Shown piece after piece: positions 19,674-29,926 of a stretch of DNA of 64,000 bases; positions within the stretch are counted from its first letter, which is position 1; each line of letters opens with the position of its first letter. Source of the DNA: a virus; the IMG/VR virus record IMGVR_UViG_3300027971_000039, positions 1-64,000 of that record, one strand, 5' to 3'. The notes beneath the pieces are model-generated. The model ran no database searches. It saw nothing but the letters and a program-made list of their open reading frames with translations, and had not been told where the DNA came from. The position numbers and the translations under genes are program-made.

Positions 19674-19700
19674 GCCCCGGCGTTAACGGGGCGTTTTTTT
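19674..19700 (+). terminator. Rho-independent terminator
   Basis: GCCCCG-GCGTTAA-CGGGGC then G and T7. Confidence 0.7.
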
Positions 19701-19714
19701 AAAAGGGGATAGTC

Positions 19715-21667
19715 ATGATGGCACATTTTGTAAGATTTACTAAAGGTGTTGCAGATAAAGGCAAACTCATTCCCCAGAATGAAGTATTTGATCACGTTGA
19801 AGATAATGAAAATGATTATTATGCATCTGCTTATTTATACAACGATAATCAACTAGATGAGTTTAAAAAAACAGGTACCGTTCGCGGCATCAAAAACGTT
19901 GTAACCAATCGTATTTGGTTCGATTTCGATACAAGCGAAGATCCAACCTTTGCACAAATTGACGCTAAAGAAGCAATCCGACGTTTAGAAAAATACGGCA
20001 TTCATCGGAACAATATCGAGATTTATTTTTCAGGTAACAAGGGATTTCATCTTGTTGTAACCTTGAACAAATTTATTACACCAGAACAAGTATACAACAT
20101 CTGTGTAAAAAAGTTTGGAACAAATTTAAAATCTTTAGATAGTGCTGTATACGATCCTTCTAGGATCTTTCGTGTTCCTGGAACAAAACACCAAAAAAGT
20201 GGTTTATATAAAATCCCACTAACATATAACCAAATTCAAACTCTTTCAATCGGTGACATCAAAAGACTAGCAACATCACTTGATAATATCACTGAAGAAT
20301 TTGAATGGGAAATAGCTAATCCAAAAGAAGAGCTATTTGCTATGGAAGAAAAGAAGAAAGAAAAAAAGGAAATTATTCCTGATCTTCTAGACTTCTCCAA
20401 AAAACCACCGCAATGGAAAAATTGTAAGTGGGCTCTTCTTCAGGGTAACTTCAAAGAAGGAGAACGTCATAACGCATTGATGGTAATTGCAGCAACTTGT
20501 CGTGGCTTGGGCTATGACAAAGACACAACTTACTATATGTGTAAGTCTGCAATGAAGAAACAAGCAACGATCACCGGGCAAGAAGAGTTCAATAAAGAAG
20601 AACTGTATACAAACATTATCGAGCAGTCTGTGTTCACTGATAACTGGGAGGGCGGGCAGTATAGCTGTTCTAAACCCGGTTGGCTTCAAACCTATTGCCA
20701 AACGCTAGGTGGTCATAAATGTAAAGTAGAAGAAGCAGAGCCACCAGTCATCAAGATTGAGGACATGGGCACATTGTTTTCTTCTTATGCACAAAACTTT
20801 GAGCAAAACATTATTAAGACAGGAATTCCTAAACTTGATAACCACGCTACTATTTGTGCGTCTACCCTAAACGGATTGCTTGGTCAACCCGGTGCAGGGA
20901 AAACATCAATGTCCCTACAGTATCTTCTTAATACCTCTCAAAACAACGTACATTCAACTTTCTTTAGCTTAGATATGGGTATGCCCATCGTCTATGCCAA
21001 AATGATTCAAAAGCACACTGGATGTGATTTTAAAGAAGTCCTACGTATCTTTAAAGAAGATCCCAAACTCGCCGCTAATCTAAGTGAACAATTAAAGCAA
21101 GAATATAGAAACGTTGGATTTAATTTTAAATCAGGATTAACTGTACCTGATCTAAAACAAACAATAGTTGATCAAGAACAACAGAAGGGTGAAAAGGTTA
21201 AACTTGTTGTTATTGATTACTTAGAATGTTTAGCTGGTCCATATTCCGATCAAACAGCAAACACTGGATTTATTGCAAATCAACTAAAGGATCTTGCAAA
21301 TGACCTATCTGTTGCTGTATTACTATTATTACAGACTCAGAAACATTCAACACCAGATGTTTCAGATCCATTACTATCTCTTAAAGGCGTTAAAGGATCT
21401 AGTTTGATTGAACAAAGTTGTAGTTCTATTCTAACTCTATGGAGAGAGGGATATAATCCTAAAACGGTTAATGACGATAAATATATTTCGTTTGCTATTG
21501 TTAAAAACAGATTCGGTTCTTTATGGTCCGGTGATTTTAGCTGGCACGGAGTCACTGGTGATATTCGAGAATTAACCGAAGAGGAAGAAGAAAATCTTTC
21601 AGAGTTTCGTGTTAGAAAAGCACAGGCAAAATTAGAGGCAGCCCAACAACAAACTGGGTGGGAATAA
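19715..21667 (+). CDS. AEP primase fused to DnaB/RecA-like helicase
   Basis: AEP motifs FDFD, SGNKGFH and D...YD..R.FRVP; helicase GQPGAGKTS, VIDYL and KNRFG. Confidence 0.88.
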   Translation: MMAHFVRFTKGVADKGKLIPQNEVFDHVEDNENDYYASAYLYNDNQLDEFKKTGTVRGIKNVVTNRIWFDFDTSEDPTFAQIDAKEAIRRLEKYGIHRNNIEIYFSGNKGFHLVVTLNKFITPEQVYNICVKKFGTNLKSLDSAVYDPSRIFRVPGTKHQKSGLYKIPLTYNQIQTLSIGDIKRLATSLDNITEEFEWEIANPKEELFAMEEKKKEKKEIIPDLLDFSKKPPQWKNCKWALLQGNFKEGERHNALMVIAATCRGLGYDKDTTYYMCKSAMKKQATITGQEEFNKEELYTNIIEQSVFTDNWEGGQYSCSKPGWLQTYCQTLGGHKCKVEEAEPPVIKIEDMGTLFSSYAQNFEQNIIKTGIPKLDNHATICASTLNGLLGQPGAGKTSMSLQYLLNTSQNNVHSTFFSLDMGMPIVYAKMIQKHTGCDFKEVLRIFKEDPKLAANLSEQLKQEYRNVGFNFKSGLTVPDLKQTIVDQEQQKGEKVKLVVIDYLECLAGPYSDQTANTGFIANQLKDLANDLSVAVLLLLQTQKHSTPDVSDPLLSLKGVKGSSLIEQSCSSILTLWREGYNPKTVNDDKYISFAIVKNRFGSLWSGDFSWHGVTGDIRELTEEEEENLSEFRVRKAQAKLEAAQQQTGWE

Positions 21668-21668
21668 T

Positions 21669-22001
21669 ATGGCACCAAAGAAAAAACAAATAAGCAATGA
21701 CGAAATCAATACGTTTGTATTAGCTTTTATGGGCGAATACATCAATGTTGTTACTGACATTATGATATTGGATTACGCTCAAAACGAAGCACAAACAATG
21801 GAACAAAACGCACCAATGGTTGCGCGTGGATATTTATTAGATGAAGATGATTCATTTCTTTATCTTGGCGAAAATCCACTTGAAATAACACAAGCAATAG
21901 CTAAAAACAAAGTAGCAATGATTCAAGTAGAAAGAAAAAAATCTAAATATGAAGAGATGTTAGAAGAAATGGGAGATGCTAATAAAAAGGATATTAATTA
22001 A
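21669..22001 (+). CDS. hypothetical protein, possible Sm/Hfq-like fold
   Basis: Helix then GEYINVV, RGYLLDEDDSFLYL, AIAKNKVAMI strand pattern. Confidence 0.35.
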   Translation: MAPKKKQISNDEINTFVLAFMGEYINVVTDIMILDYAQNEAQTMEQNAPMVARGYLLDEDDSFLYLGENPLEITQAIAKNKVAMIQVERKKSKYEEMLEEMGDANKKDIN

Positions 22002-22003
22002 TT

Positions 22004-22267
22004 GTGACAGAAAAGTTAACACAATTATTAATAAAAGACTTTAATCCTAAATTTCTGGCTTATGATCTTTTTGAAAATAATATAAACATTGTAATTGCAT
22101 CTGATTGTTTTATAAATCAAGCAATGGTTGATAGAATAAGAAGTGTTTATGCTTGCGTAGAAAATAATTTACCAGAATTATTTGAAAAAAACAGCATTTT
22201 CGTACATGCTTTTACTGAAGACCAGTTACTTGATGTTTTAAAATCACAACTTGAAGAAGGTATATAA
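22004..22267 (+). CDS. BolA-like protein
   Basis: I.IVIASDCF......DRIRSVY...... I.VHAFT..Q resembles BolA F.V.IVS..F.....RHR.VY ... A.TP.E. Confidence 0.5.
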   Translation: MTEKLTQLLIKDFNPKFLAYDLFENNINIVIASDCFINQAMVDRIRSVYACVENNLPELFEKNSIFVHAFTEDQLLDVLKSQLEEGI

Positions 22268-22451
22268 TGACCGAAGGCAGCGTTGTTATTATTGGTGGTA
22301 AATTTGATGAAAGAGTTAGAAAAAACGATGACTCTAATATAGTAGGAACAATTGTTAATAATGTTAAAGGTGAAGTTTGGGTTTTATTACCAGATGGAAA
22401 TATTTGGGTAGGGAAAGAATATCTAGTTTATCCAGTCGAAGAGGATGAACA

Positions 22452-24602
22452 ATGCACGACAGACTAATCTATGGTAAGAATGAAACACAAAGAATTGTTT
22501 CTATTGAAGCTATGGAAAGCGCAGCTGCGCTGGAGATTTTTGTAGAAGATGAAAATAATAACGTTAGTTCTCATCTTGTTAGTAATCGGTATTGGATTCT
22601 TTCGAATAACAACGTTGATCAAAAATTTGCACGATTAAACGGCAACCTTCATTACAAGTGGGGAAAACAATTCTCTACTCGTGAAGATTTCATTAGTTTT
22701 AAGAAACAACATCAAAAGTACGATTTGTATTCTATTCATGACCAAAAGGAATCGGCTATGGTCAAGGATGGAATTACGTATTTCAAAGGCATGAAGCCAC
22801 AAGATGTTTCAATTCTTTCATTTGACATCGAAACCACTGGACTTAATGCACAAGCAAACGATGCAGCAGTTCTTCTTATTTCAAATACATTAAGGATCGG
22901 AAATAAAACACAAAGGAAATTGTTTGCTTACTCTGACTATAATAACGATCCTGTACAAATGGTGGAAGCGTGGTCGAAGTGGGTAAGAAGCGTAAATCCC
23001 TCGATTATCTGTGGTCATAATATTTACTCATTCGACTTGAAGTATCTTTCAGAATACATGCAAGTAAATGGTAATAACTTATATCTTGGGCGCAATGATA
23101 CCGCCATTCGATTTGAAACATATGAATCAAAGTTTCGTGTAGATGGAACCCGAGATCTACACTACAACAAAGTTAAATGCTATGGGCGGGAACTTGTAGA
23201 CACAATGTTCCTTGCCTACAAATATGATATTGGTCGCAAGTACGAGAGCTATGGCCTAAAGAAGATCATTGCTCAAGAAAAGCTAGAAGCGGAAGACCGG
23301 GTATTTTATGATGCTTCACAGATCCGGTTTAAATACAAAGACCCCAAGGACTGGGAACTAATCAAACAATACTGTTTGCATGACGCAGATGATGCACTCA
23401 AACTGTTTGATCTTATGTCACCACCCTTTTTTTATATGACTCAATCTGTACCTAAAAGCTTTCAGTCTATGATTGAATCTGCTTCTGGTAGTCAGATTAA
23501 TTCAGTCATGGTTCGCAGCTACTTACAAGAAAGACATAGCATTCCAAAGGCATCTGCTACCGTTGAGTACGAAGGTGCTATCAGCTTTGGAAATCCAGGC
23601 ATCTATCGAAATGTATTTAAAGTTGACGTTGCATCCCTATATCCATCAATCATGATCGAGTACAAAGTACATTCTCCTCAGAAAGATCCAAACAAGAACT
23701 TCTTGAATCTTGTACAGACGTTTACCGAACGACGACTTTATCATAAGAGCCTAGCTAAGACAGACAAGTATCACGATGATATGCAAGCTGCGTTCAAGAT
23801 TTTCATTAACAGTTGCTATGGATTTCTAGGAAGCACCGGCCTTAATTTCAATATGCCAGATGGTGCAGCATTCATCACTAAAACAGGGCGAGACATTCTA
23901 TCCAAGTCAATTCAATGGGCAAATACAAAAGACTTTAGAATTGTTAACGCAGACACTGATTCTATTTCATTTACAAGATCAGATGAGTCTGAATTTACAA
24001 ACGATGACAGGGGTATGATCTTAAATGAAATCAACTCATTGTTCCCATCTACAATTCGATTTGAAGATGATGGTTTGTATAAATGTGTTATTGTATTTAA
24101 AGCAAAAAACTATGTCCTATATGACGGACATAAAATTAAAACAAAAGGTTCTGCTATTAAAGCAACAACTAAAGAACCAGCTTTACGTGAGTTTATTAAT
24201 ACAATCATCAATAATATTATAGCTGGACATACTGATTATAATTCTGTTTATAAAAAGTATGTTGTAGAAGCTTTCAATATTAAAGATATTAAGCGTTGGG
24301 TTTCCAGAAAAACTATTTCAGAGAAGACTCTCAATCCACAAAGAACAAACGAGCAAAAGATATTCGATATTATCCAAGACTCAAACTTCTCCGAAGGAGA
24401 TAGGATCTATTGCTTCTTCAGAGAAGACGGTAGTTTAGCTCTTGTGGAAAACTTTGACGGTAACTATGATAAAGACAAGATGCTTGAAAAGCTTTACAAA
24501 ACCTCAGAGATTTTTGATACAGTCCTTCCTGAAGGGATCTTCATCAATTATAAATTGAAGCGTAATAAAAAAGCTTTAGAGGAATTGGTGTCAAATGAAT
24601 AG
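22452..24602 (+). CDS. family B DNA polymerase
   Basis: Exo motifs FDIET, GHNI..FDL, YC..D; polymerase motifs DVASLYPS, K..INS.YG, DTDS. Confidence 0.95.
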   Translation: MHDRLIYGKNETQRIVSIEAMESAAALEIFVEDENNNVSSHLVSNRYWILSNNNVDQKFARLNGNLHYKWGKQFSTREDFISFKKQHQKYDLYSIHDQKESAMVKDGITYFKGMKPQDVSILSFDIETTGLNAQANDAAVLLISNTLRIGNKTQRKLFAYSDYNNDPVQMVEAWSKWVRSVNPSIICGHNIYSFDLKYLSEYMQVNGNNLYLGRNDTAIRFETYESKFRVDGTRDLHYNKVKCYGRELVDTMFLAYKYDIGRKYESYGLKKIIAQEKLEAEDRVFYDASQIRFKYKDPKDWELIKQYCLHDADDALKLFDLMSPPFFYMTQSVPKSFQSMIESASGSQINSVMVRSYLQERHSIPKASATVEYEGAISFGNPGIYRNVFKVDVASLYPSIMIEYKVHSPQKDPNKNFLNLVQTFTERRLYHKSLAKTDKYHDDMQAAFKIFINSCYGFLGSTGLNFNMPDGAAFITKTGRDILSKSIQWANTKDFRIVNADTDSISFTRSDESEFTNDDRGMILNEINSLFPSTIRFEDDGLYKCVIVFKAKNYVLYDGHKIKTKGSAIKATTKEPALREFINTIINNIIAGHTDYNSVYKKYVVEAFNIKDIKRWVSRKTISEKTLNPQRTNEQKIFDIIQDSNFSEGDRIYCFFREDGSLALVENFDGNYDKDKMLEKLYKTSEIFDTVLPEGIFINYKLKRNKKALEELVSNE

Positions 24603-24754
24603 TTACTTAATTGCTGGGCTGCTTGTTTTATATGGCGTGGTTATTTGGGTCATTGCTTCCAGAAAGTATTATGGTTTAGGATATGACCATGCAATTGAAG
24701 ATATTGAAAAAATATCTCTTGCATTAAAAAAAGAAATAGAAAAAAGACAAAAGA

Positions 24755-25111
24755 ATGAAGAATAAATTTTTTCAACTTGCTCGTAATATCTCTAAACACT
24801 CAGATCATCCAGCACATCAACTCGGTGCCGTTATTGTTAGAGGTAATCGAATTATCTCTCTTGGTTTTAATAAAAATAAAACCCACACAAAATCTAATCA
24901 TGCATGGAAAAGACTACACGCTGAAATTTGTGCAATCATCAAAACTAAAGAAGATTTGACAGGTTGTACCATTTACGTTTATCGTGAAACTAAGCTTGGT
25001 AATCTAGGAATGGCTCGTCCATGCCCAACATGTTTGGCAGCGATACAAGAAGTTGGAATTAAAAAAATTTGCTACTCAACCGAAAACGGCTACAAGCAAG
25101 AAATAATTTGA
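24755..25111 (+). CDS. cytidine/dCMP deaminase-family protein
   Basis: HAE and PCPTC zinc motifs; GAVIV...IIS.G.N. Confidence 0.85.
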   Translation: MKNKFFQLARNISKHSDHPAHQLGAVIVRGNRIISLGFNKNKTHTKSNHAWKRLHAEICAIIKTKEDLTGCTIYVYRETKLGNLGMARPCPTCLAAIQEVGIKKICYSTENGYKQEII

Positions 25112-25120
25112 GGTAGTTAA

Positions 25121-26101
25121 ATGTCACATTTTATTATTAAAGAAAAAAGCAAGCTACAAGAAATGCAAGTTGGTACAAAGATTCCTGAATCTGATTTTAG
25201 TATCATGACCCCAGATGGAATATTTGTACAACTTCAACACATTGAAGAAGATGAAGTCGATGCTCCATACGAAGTCAATCCTGGTATTTGGGTTATCCAA
25301 AAAGTGGCAACGGGATTAAAGTTGGTTAAAACTTCTTTCGTTAAAGACGAGATTCTTTCATCTTTCGTACATACACAATCAATTACCGATAAAATTGATT
25401 GCTTCTTTAAAAAGCTAGACGTGTACAAAAAGCATGGAATTGAAATTCCTAAACGGGGGCTGCTTCTTTATGGCCCCCCAGGTTCAGGTAAAACAACGGT
25501 CATCAATAAGGTAGCAGAGCAGTATGCCAGTGATGGTAAAACAGCAATCATCATTTGGCCCACAGATAAGTTTGAGGCATTCACCGTTAAAGACTTTATT
25601 AAAAGCTTTACATATGTAGGTGTTGATAAAATTATTCTTGTTGTTGAAGACATCGGTGGTACTGAGATGGACCAGACTCGTATGCGCAGTGATTCTTCTT
25701 TACTCAGTCTTCTTGATAATCAAGAGAAGACATTTAAGATTCCAGTATTGATTCTAGCAACAACTAACTTCCCAGAAGTATTTCTAGGCAATCTTACAAA
25801 TCGTCCACAACGGTTTGACGATAAGATTGAAGTAGGTTTACCCCCAGCCGAGTCTCGCGCAGAGCTTCTAAAGTTCTTTTCTAAAGAAGATACTCCATCT
25901 GATGAGGCTCTTACCTTTATCAAAGGTAAAGCCTGTGCAGAATTCTCTCCAGCACATATCAAGGAATCGATCATTCGAGCTGCTATTTATGACAAACAAT
26001 TAATTGATACTATCAAAGAAGTAGCACAAGAGATTGAGAAATATAAGAAAGCATTCAGCAAACAAAAATCAGTTGGGATGGGGATGACTGACTATGACTA
26101 G
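25121..26101 (+). CDS. AAA ATPase 2
   Basis: RGLLLYGPPGSGKT, VVEDI, ATTNFPE...RPQRFD. Confidence 0.88.
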   Translation: MSHFIIKEKSKLQEMQVGTKIPESDFSIMTPDGIFVQLQHIEEDEVDAPYEVNPGIWVIQKVATGLKLVKTSFVKDEILSSFVHTQSITDKIDCFFKKLDVYKKHGIEIPKRGLLLYGPPGSGKTTVINKVAEQYASDGKTAIIIWPTDKFEAFTVKDFIKSFTYVGVDKIILVVEDIGGTEMDQTRMRSDSSLLSLLDNQEKTFKIPVLILATTNFPEVFLGNLTNRPQRFDDKIEVGLPPAESRAELLKFFSKEDTPSDEALTFIKGKACAEFSPAHIKESIIRAAIYDKQLIDTIKEVAQEIEKYKKAFSKQKSVGMGMTDYD

Positions 26102-26798
26102 ACCCATTAAATATAATAGATATTTAAATAATATGTTCTCAATTAATTCCAATGAATATTTAACTGGAATGTTTCAAGAGAAAATAAATATACACAGCCA
26201 CCTACTAGATTTATATGAAGATAAAATTAATTCAATGTCATCTCGTAGACATGACCAAAAACTATTAAATGAATGTGTTACACCGGCATTTAGTAAATAC
26301 AAATTGATTGACATTGATATGAGTGATTATGATTAATTCAGAACCATTCAACAAATATATAAATAAAAGAGATGGAATTGATAAAGATTCTTATTTAGTA
26401 TATCTTAAACAAGATAACATTGACTTGATGAATCATTTTTTAAACAAGGAATCTGAATCAATAAATAGTTGGTCATCTAAAAAACACGATAAAGATTCTT
26501 GGGGTCAAGTAATGGCAGAGATTCGAGAAAGACATCACAGTGGATAATCTTGTTAATTTAGGTAAATTTAAAAAAGATAAAGAAAAAGTAAAAATTCTAG
26601 AAAAATCAGAAAAAATCATTGAAGAGATGAAGATTATTCTGTATATAATGGAATTGGCAATAAATGGGTTGAGTCACTTTAATAAATACGTATTTGTTAC
26701 AGAGTGTGTATCCGTTTTACAAAGTAATAAAATTCTTCTTGAGATCCATCTTAATAAATATATAAAAGCTGTAGAAAAAATTAAAGAAGAACAAAAAA

Positions 26799-27110
26799 AT
26801 GGTGAACTGGAAAAACCTAGTAAAGAAGATCCCAAATAAAGTCCAACTTTCCAAACGAGGAGAGTATGAAATTGTTTGGGTTGACTCCTTTAAACAACAC
26901 GACGTAGTGGGTGAGACTAGATTTGATCGCAAGCAGATTGCTATAAAAGATAAACTGTCACCAAAGAACACAGTAATCACATACTTACACGAAGTTGCAC
27001 ATGGTCTTTCCGCAGAACATGACATGCAGCTTACTGAAAATCAAATTCTCGCATTAGAAAAGGGCTTGTACTATCTACTAAAAGATGGTAACTTGTTTAA
27101 GAAGGATTAA
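26799..27110 (+). CDS. HEXXH metallopeptidase-like protein
   Basis: TYLHEVAHG; G...FD..QI.I. Confidence 0.6.
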   Translation: MVNWKNLVKKIPNKVQLSKRGEYEIVWVDSFKQHDVVGETRFDRKQIAIKDKLSPKNTVITYLHEVAHGLSAEHDMQLTENQILALEKGLYYLLKDGNLFKKD

Positions 27111-27112
27111 GC

Positions 27113-27772
27113 ATGAAAAAAATACTAATTCTTGGTGATTCCCATCTTCCATATACTGACTTTGATGTTATCAAACAGGCATATGAATTTAATAAAAAAT
27201 TTAAAGCAGATATTGTGGTTTCAACTGGTGACATGACTGACCAGAAATACTGGAGTCGGTTTCCAAAGTCACCAGAGGACGACGGTGGATTACTTGAATG
27301 GGAAAAAGTTTTAGATGGTGCAAAAAAGTTTGCTAAAATGTTTCCGAACATGATTATCCTTAATTCAAATCATGATCGTCGGTATGCAAAAAAAGCAGCA
27401 GAGAGCGGCATTCCTAAAATTATGATTCGAACCTTATCGGAACTTATTCCAAACAAAGGTTGGAAGTGGCACCTTGGTCCAGATCCGCTTGTTATTGACA
27501 ACACAGCGTTTATGCACGGCGACGAACTACAAGGCGGAGTTAAAGCTAAAGCCAATGTTCTTGGAATGAATGTTGTACAAGGGCATTCACACAAGGCAGA
27601 GCTTCACTATGTGAATACGTTTGGTAAGAGCCTATTTGCAATGGATGTTGGATGCACAGTAGACACCAAGAGCGCGGCATTTGATTACGCAGCAACATCG
27701 CTTACAAAAGTTTGGACAGGGTTTGGGTATATTGAAAACGGTGTTCCCCATTTAGTACCAAAGAAAAAATAA
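27113..27772 (+). CDS. calcineurin-like metallophosphoesterase
   Basis: GDSH, GD..D, SNHD, HGD and GHSH motifs. Confidence 0.88.
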   Translation: MKKILILGDSHLPYTDFDVIKQAYEFNKKFKADIVVSTGDMTDQKYWSRFPKSPEDDGGLLEWEKVLDGAKKFAKMFPNMIILNSNHDRRYAKKAAESGIPKIMIRTLSELIPNKGWKWHLGPDPLVIDNTAFMHGDELQGGVKAKANVLGMNVVQGHSHKAELHYVNTFGKSLFAMDVGCTVDTKSAAFDYAATSLTKVWTGFGYIENGVPHLVPKKK

Positions 27773-28019
27773 GAGGTAATTTATGAAAACAGCAAGCCAA
27801 GTAAAAGCAATTGCAGAAAGTTCAAAAGTACAACAAACTACCACCGAACTACAAAAAATACTAACATCAATAGAAAAGGCAGCAGAAGATGGTAATTTTA
27901 AAGTGGCATTTAAAGTTAGACACAATCCAACACAAACAATTGTGCAACAGCTAGAGCAACTTGGTTATACTGTCAGCGAAGAATCTGGATTAATTGTTGT
28001 TGATTGGTCATAATTTTGT

Positions 28020-28095
28020 TGGGCAGTAGCTCAGTTGGTAGAGTGCGCCGCTGTTAACGGCGTGGTCGTAGGTTCGAACCCTACCTGCCCAGCCA
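28020..28095 (+). tRNA. tRNA-Asn(GTT)
   Basis: TGGGCAG/CTGCCCA acceptor, AGTTGGTA D loop, CGCCG-CTGTTAA-CGGCG anticodon arm, GTAGG-TTCGAAC-CCTAC T arm, G discriminator, encoded CCA. Confidence 0.97.
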
Positions 28096-28403
28096 TTATT
28101 TAAAAAATAAACTATGAGTAATAATAAAAGTAAATTATTTAAAAATAATACTAACAAACTTAATAAACATCGAAACGAACTTGTGCCAAATTTTTGGATT
28201 GGCAGGAGAAGCGAATCGGTGTGCTCTATAAAAAACGAATCAATTTACGAAAAAATCGAAACTACAGAAGACATGGACACCTACACTAAAAGTGATATTT
28301 ATCGTAAAAAAGACGACATACACATACTAGAGTTATTTAAAAGATGTAATATTTTAAATACTGTAAACCATTTAAAAATACGTTAATTAAAAGGAGAAAC
28401 AAC

Positions 28404-28856
28404 ATGAAAACAATTCAAGTATTACTTCGTGATGAAAAGGCAATTGCACCAACCCGTAACAAAACAACAGATGCTGGATTAGACTTATATGCTATGGAAG
28501 ATAAGTTTATTGAACTAGGGTCAACAGCTATTATTCGAACTGGTTTATCTGTAAACGTTCCAGAAGGAATGGTTGGTAAAATTGAAGATCGTAGTAGCCT
28601 TGCTGCCAAAGGATTACGAACGGGGGCTGGTGTAATTGACGCTGGTTATAATGGGGAGGTTGGTATTGTAATTCACAATCTAACATCAACATCAACAACC
28701 GATCCTGTTTTATTACGCAAAGGCTATCAAATTCGTCGTGGAGATAAAATAGCACAACTCCTTACATATCAAATTGAAACACCCTCAGTTGAGGTTCTTA
28801 ATAATCTTTGGGAATCTAAACGGGGCTCTGGTGGGTTTGGGAGTTCAGGCCGATGA
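28404..28856 (+). CDS. dut: trimeric dUTPase
   Basis: AGLDL, RSS, GVIDAGYNGE, KIAQL and RGSGGFGSSG. Confidence 0.95.
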   Translation: MKTIQVLLRDEKAIAPTRNKTTDAGLDLYAMEDKFIELGSTAIIRTGLSVNVPEGMVGKIEDRSSLAAKGLRTGAGVIDAGYNGEVGIVIHNLTSTSTTDPVLLRKGYQIRRGDKIAQLLTYQIETPSVEVLNNLWESKRGSGGFGSSGR

Positions 28857-29292
28857 TTACAAATGAGTTCTTTCAAGGATACCACCAAGCCCTTAATACG
28901 GTAGAAGAAAATGTCGAAGCACTTCTTAAACTCAGACAACAAGGCGATAACGACTTCTTCTATACTAGCGCACTCAAACAAGTTAAATCTCATATTGAGC
29001 AGGTGCGTAAATCTTATAAAGAACTACAAAAGCAACTTTCAAATGAGCAAAAGAAAAAGCGAACTTGAAGATAAAATAGAACAACTTGAATCTGAGTTAG
29101 AGGAATTAAAAACCACTAACAATGCACTAAGACGCAGACTTAGGAAAATAGATAGTAAATTTAATGAAGATGATTATTTAGAAGATGATCAAATAGAAAA
29201 AAAATACGAAAGACTAAAACAATATGCCTGTCCTTATTGTAAAAAATTAACAATGGAGGAAGTTGAAATAGCCGGTCGTTTTTTTAAAAGGT

Positions 29293-29670
29293 GTGATAAT
29301 TGTGGCAAAAGAACGAAAGCCGAAAAAACACAATAAAAAAACATTTGTTACAGGCGCATTACGACGCGCTTCTCTCCGTTGGCCTCCTAGAAACATGGCT
29401 TTAAAAAAAGCCCGTGTTGATAGGGGGCTTTATCGTTGTTCAATGTGCGGAGAAAGCTTTAAACGTGATGACATTCATATTGACCACATTATGCCTATTG
29501 TTGATCCATCAAAAGGATTCATCGGATGGGATGATTATATTGAAAAACTCTTTTGTCAAGAAGAAGAATTTCAAATCCTCTGTAAGTACGATCATGAAGT
29601 AAAAACATTAGTAGAAGATGAAATGAGAAAAGCATTAAAAGATGTTGACAAAGTAGACACATCTGAGTAA
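29293..29670 (+). CDS. HNH endonuclease
   Basis: CSMC, HIDHI.P, QILCK..H..KT. Confidence 0.8.
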   Translation: MIIVAKERKPKKHNKKTFVTGALRRASLRWPPRNMALKKARVDRGLYRCSMCGESFKRDDIHIDHIMPIVDPSKGFIGWDDYIEKLFCQEEEFQILCKYDHEVKTLVEDEMRKALKDVDKVDTSE

Positions 29671-29680
29671 TAGTATATTT

Positions 29681-29926
29681 ATGAAGTTGAAACTTGCGTT
29701 TATTCAAGATCCGATAACTAAATTACCTTCTGTCTCACTGACAAATCTAGTAATCTCCGTTTTATTTCTTCTTGTTGCAGCTGGATTAGATTTGTCTGGT
29801 AAAGTAAAAGGAACTAGCATTGCTCTTGAGTATTTTGGTGTTTCTTCTGCTTTGTATTTTTCAAGGCGCATTAATGTAAATGGCCGTAGTTTCACGGCAG
29901 AAAGTGAAGATAAAGGTAATGATTAA
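29681..29926 (+). CDS. putative holin-like membrane protein
   Basis: 81 aa with two hydrophobic segments and a charged C-terminus. Confidence 0.4.
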   Translation: MKLKLAFIQDPITKLPSVSLTNLVISVLFLLVAAGLDLSGKVKGTSIALEYFGVSSALYFSRRINVNGRSFTAESEDKGND

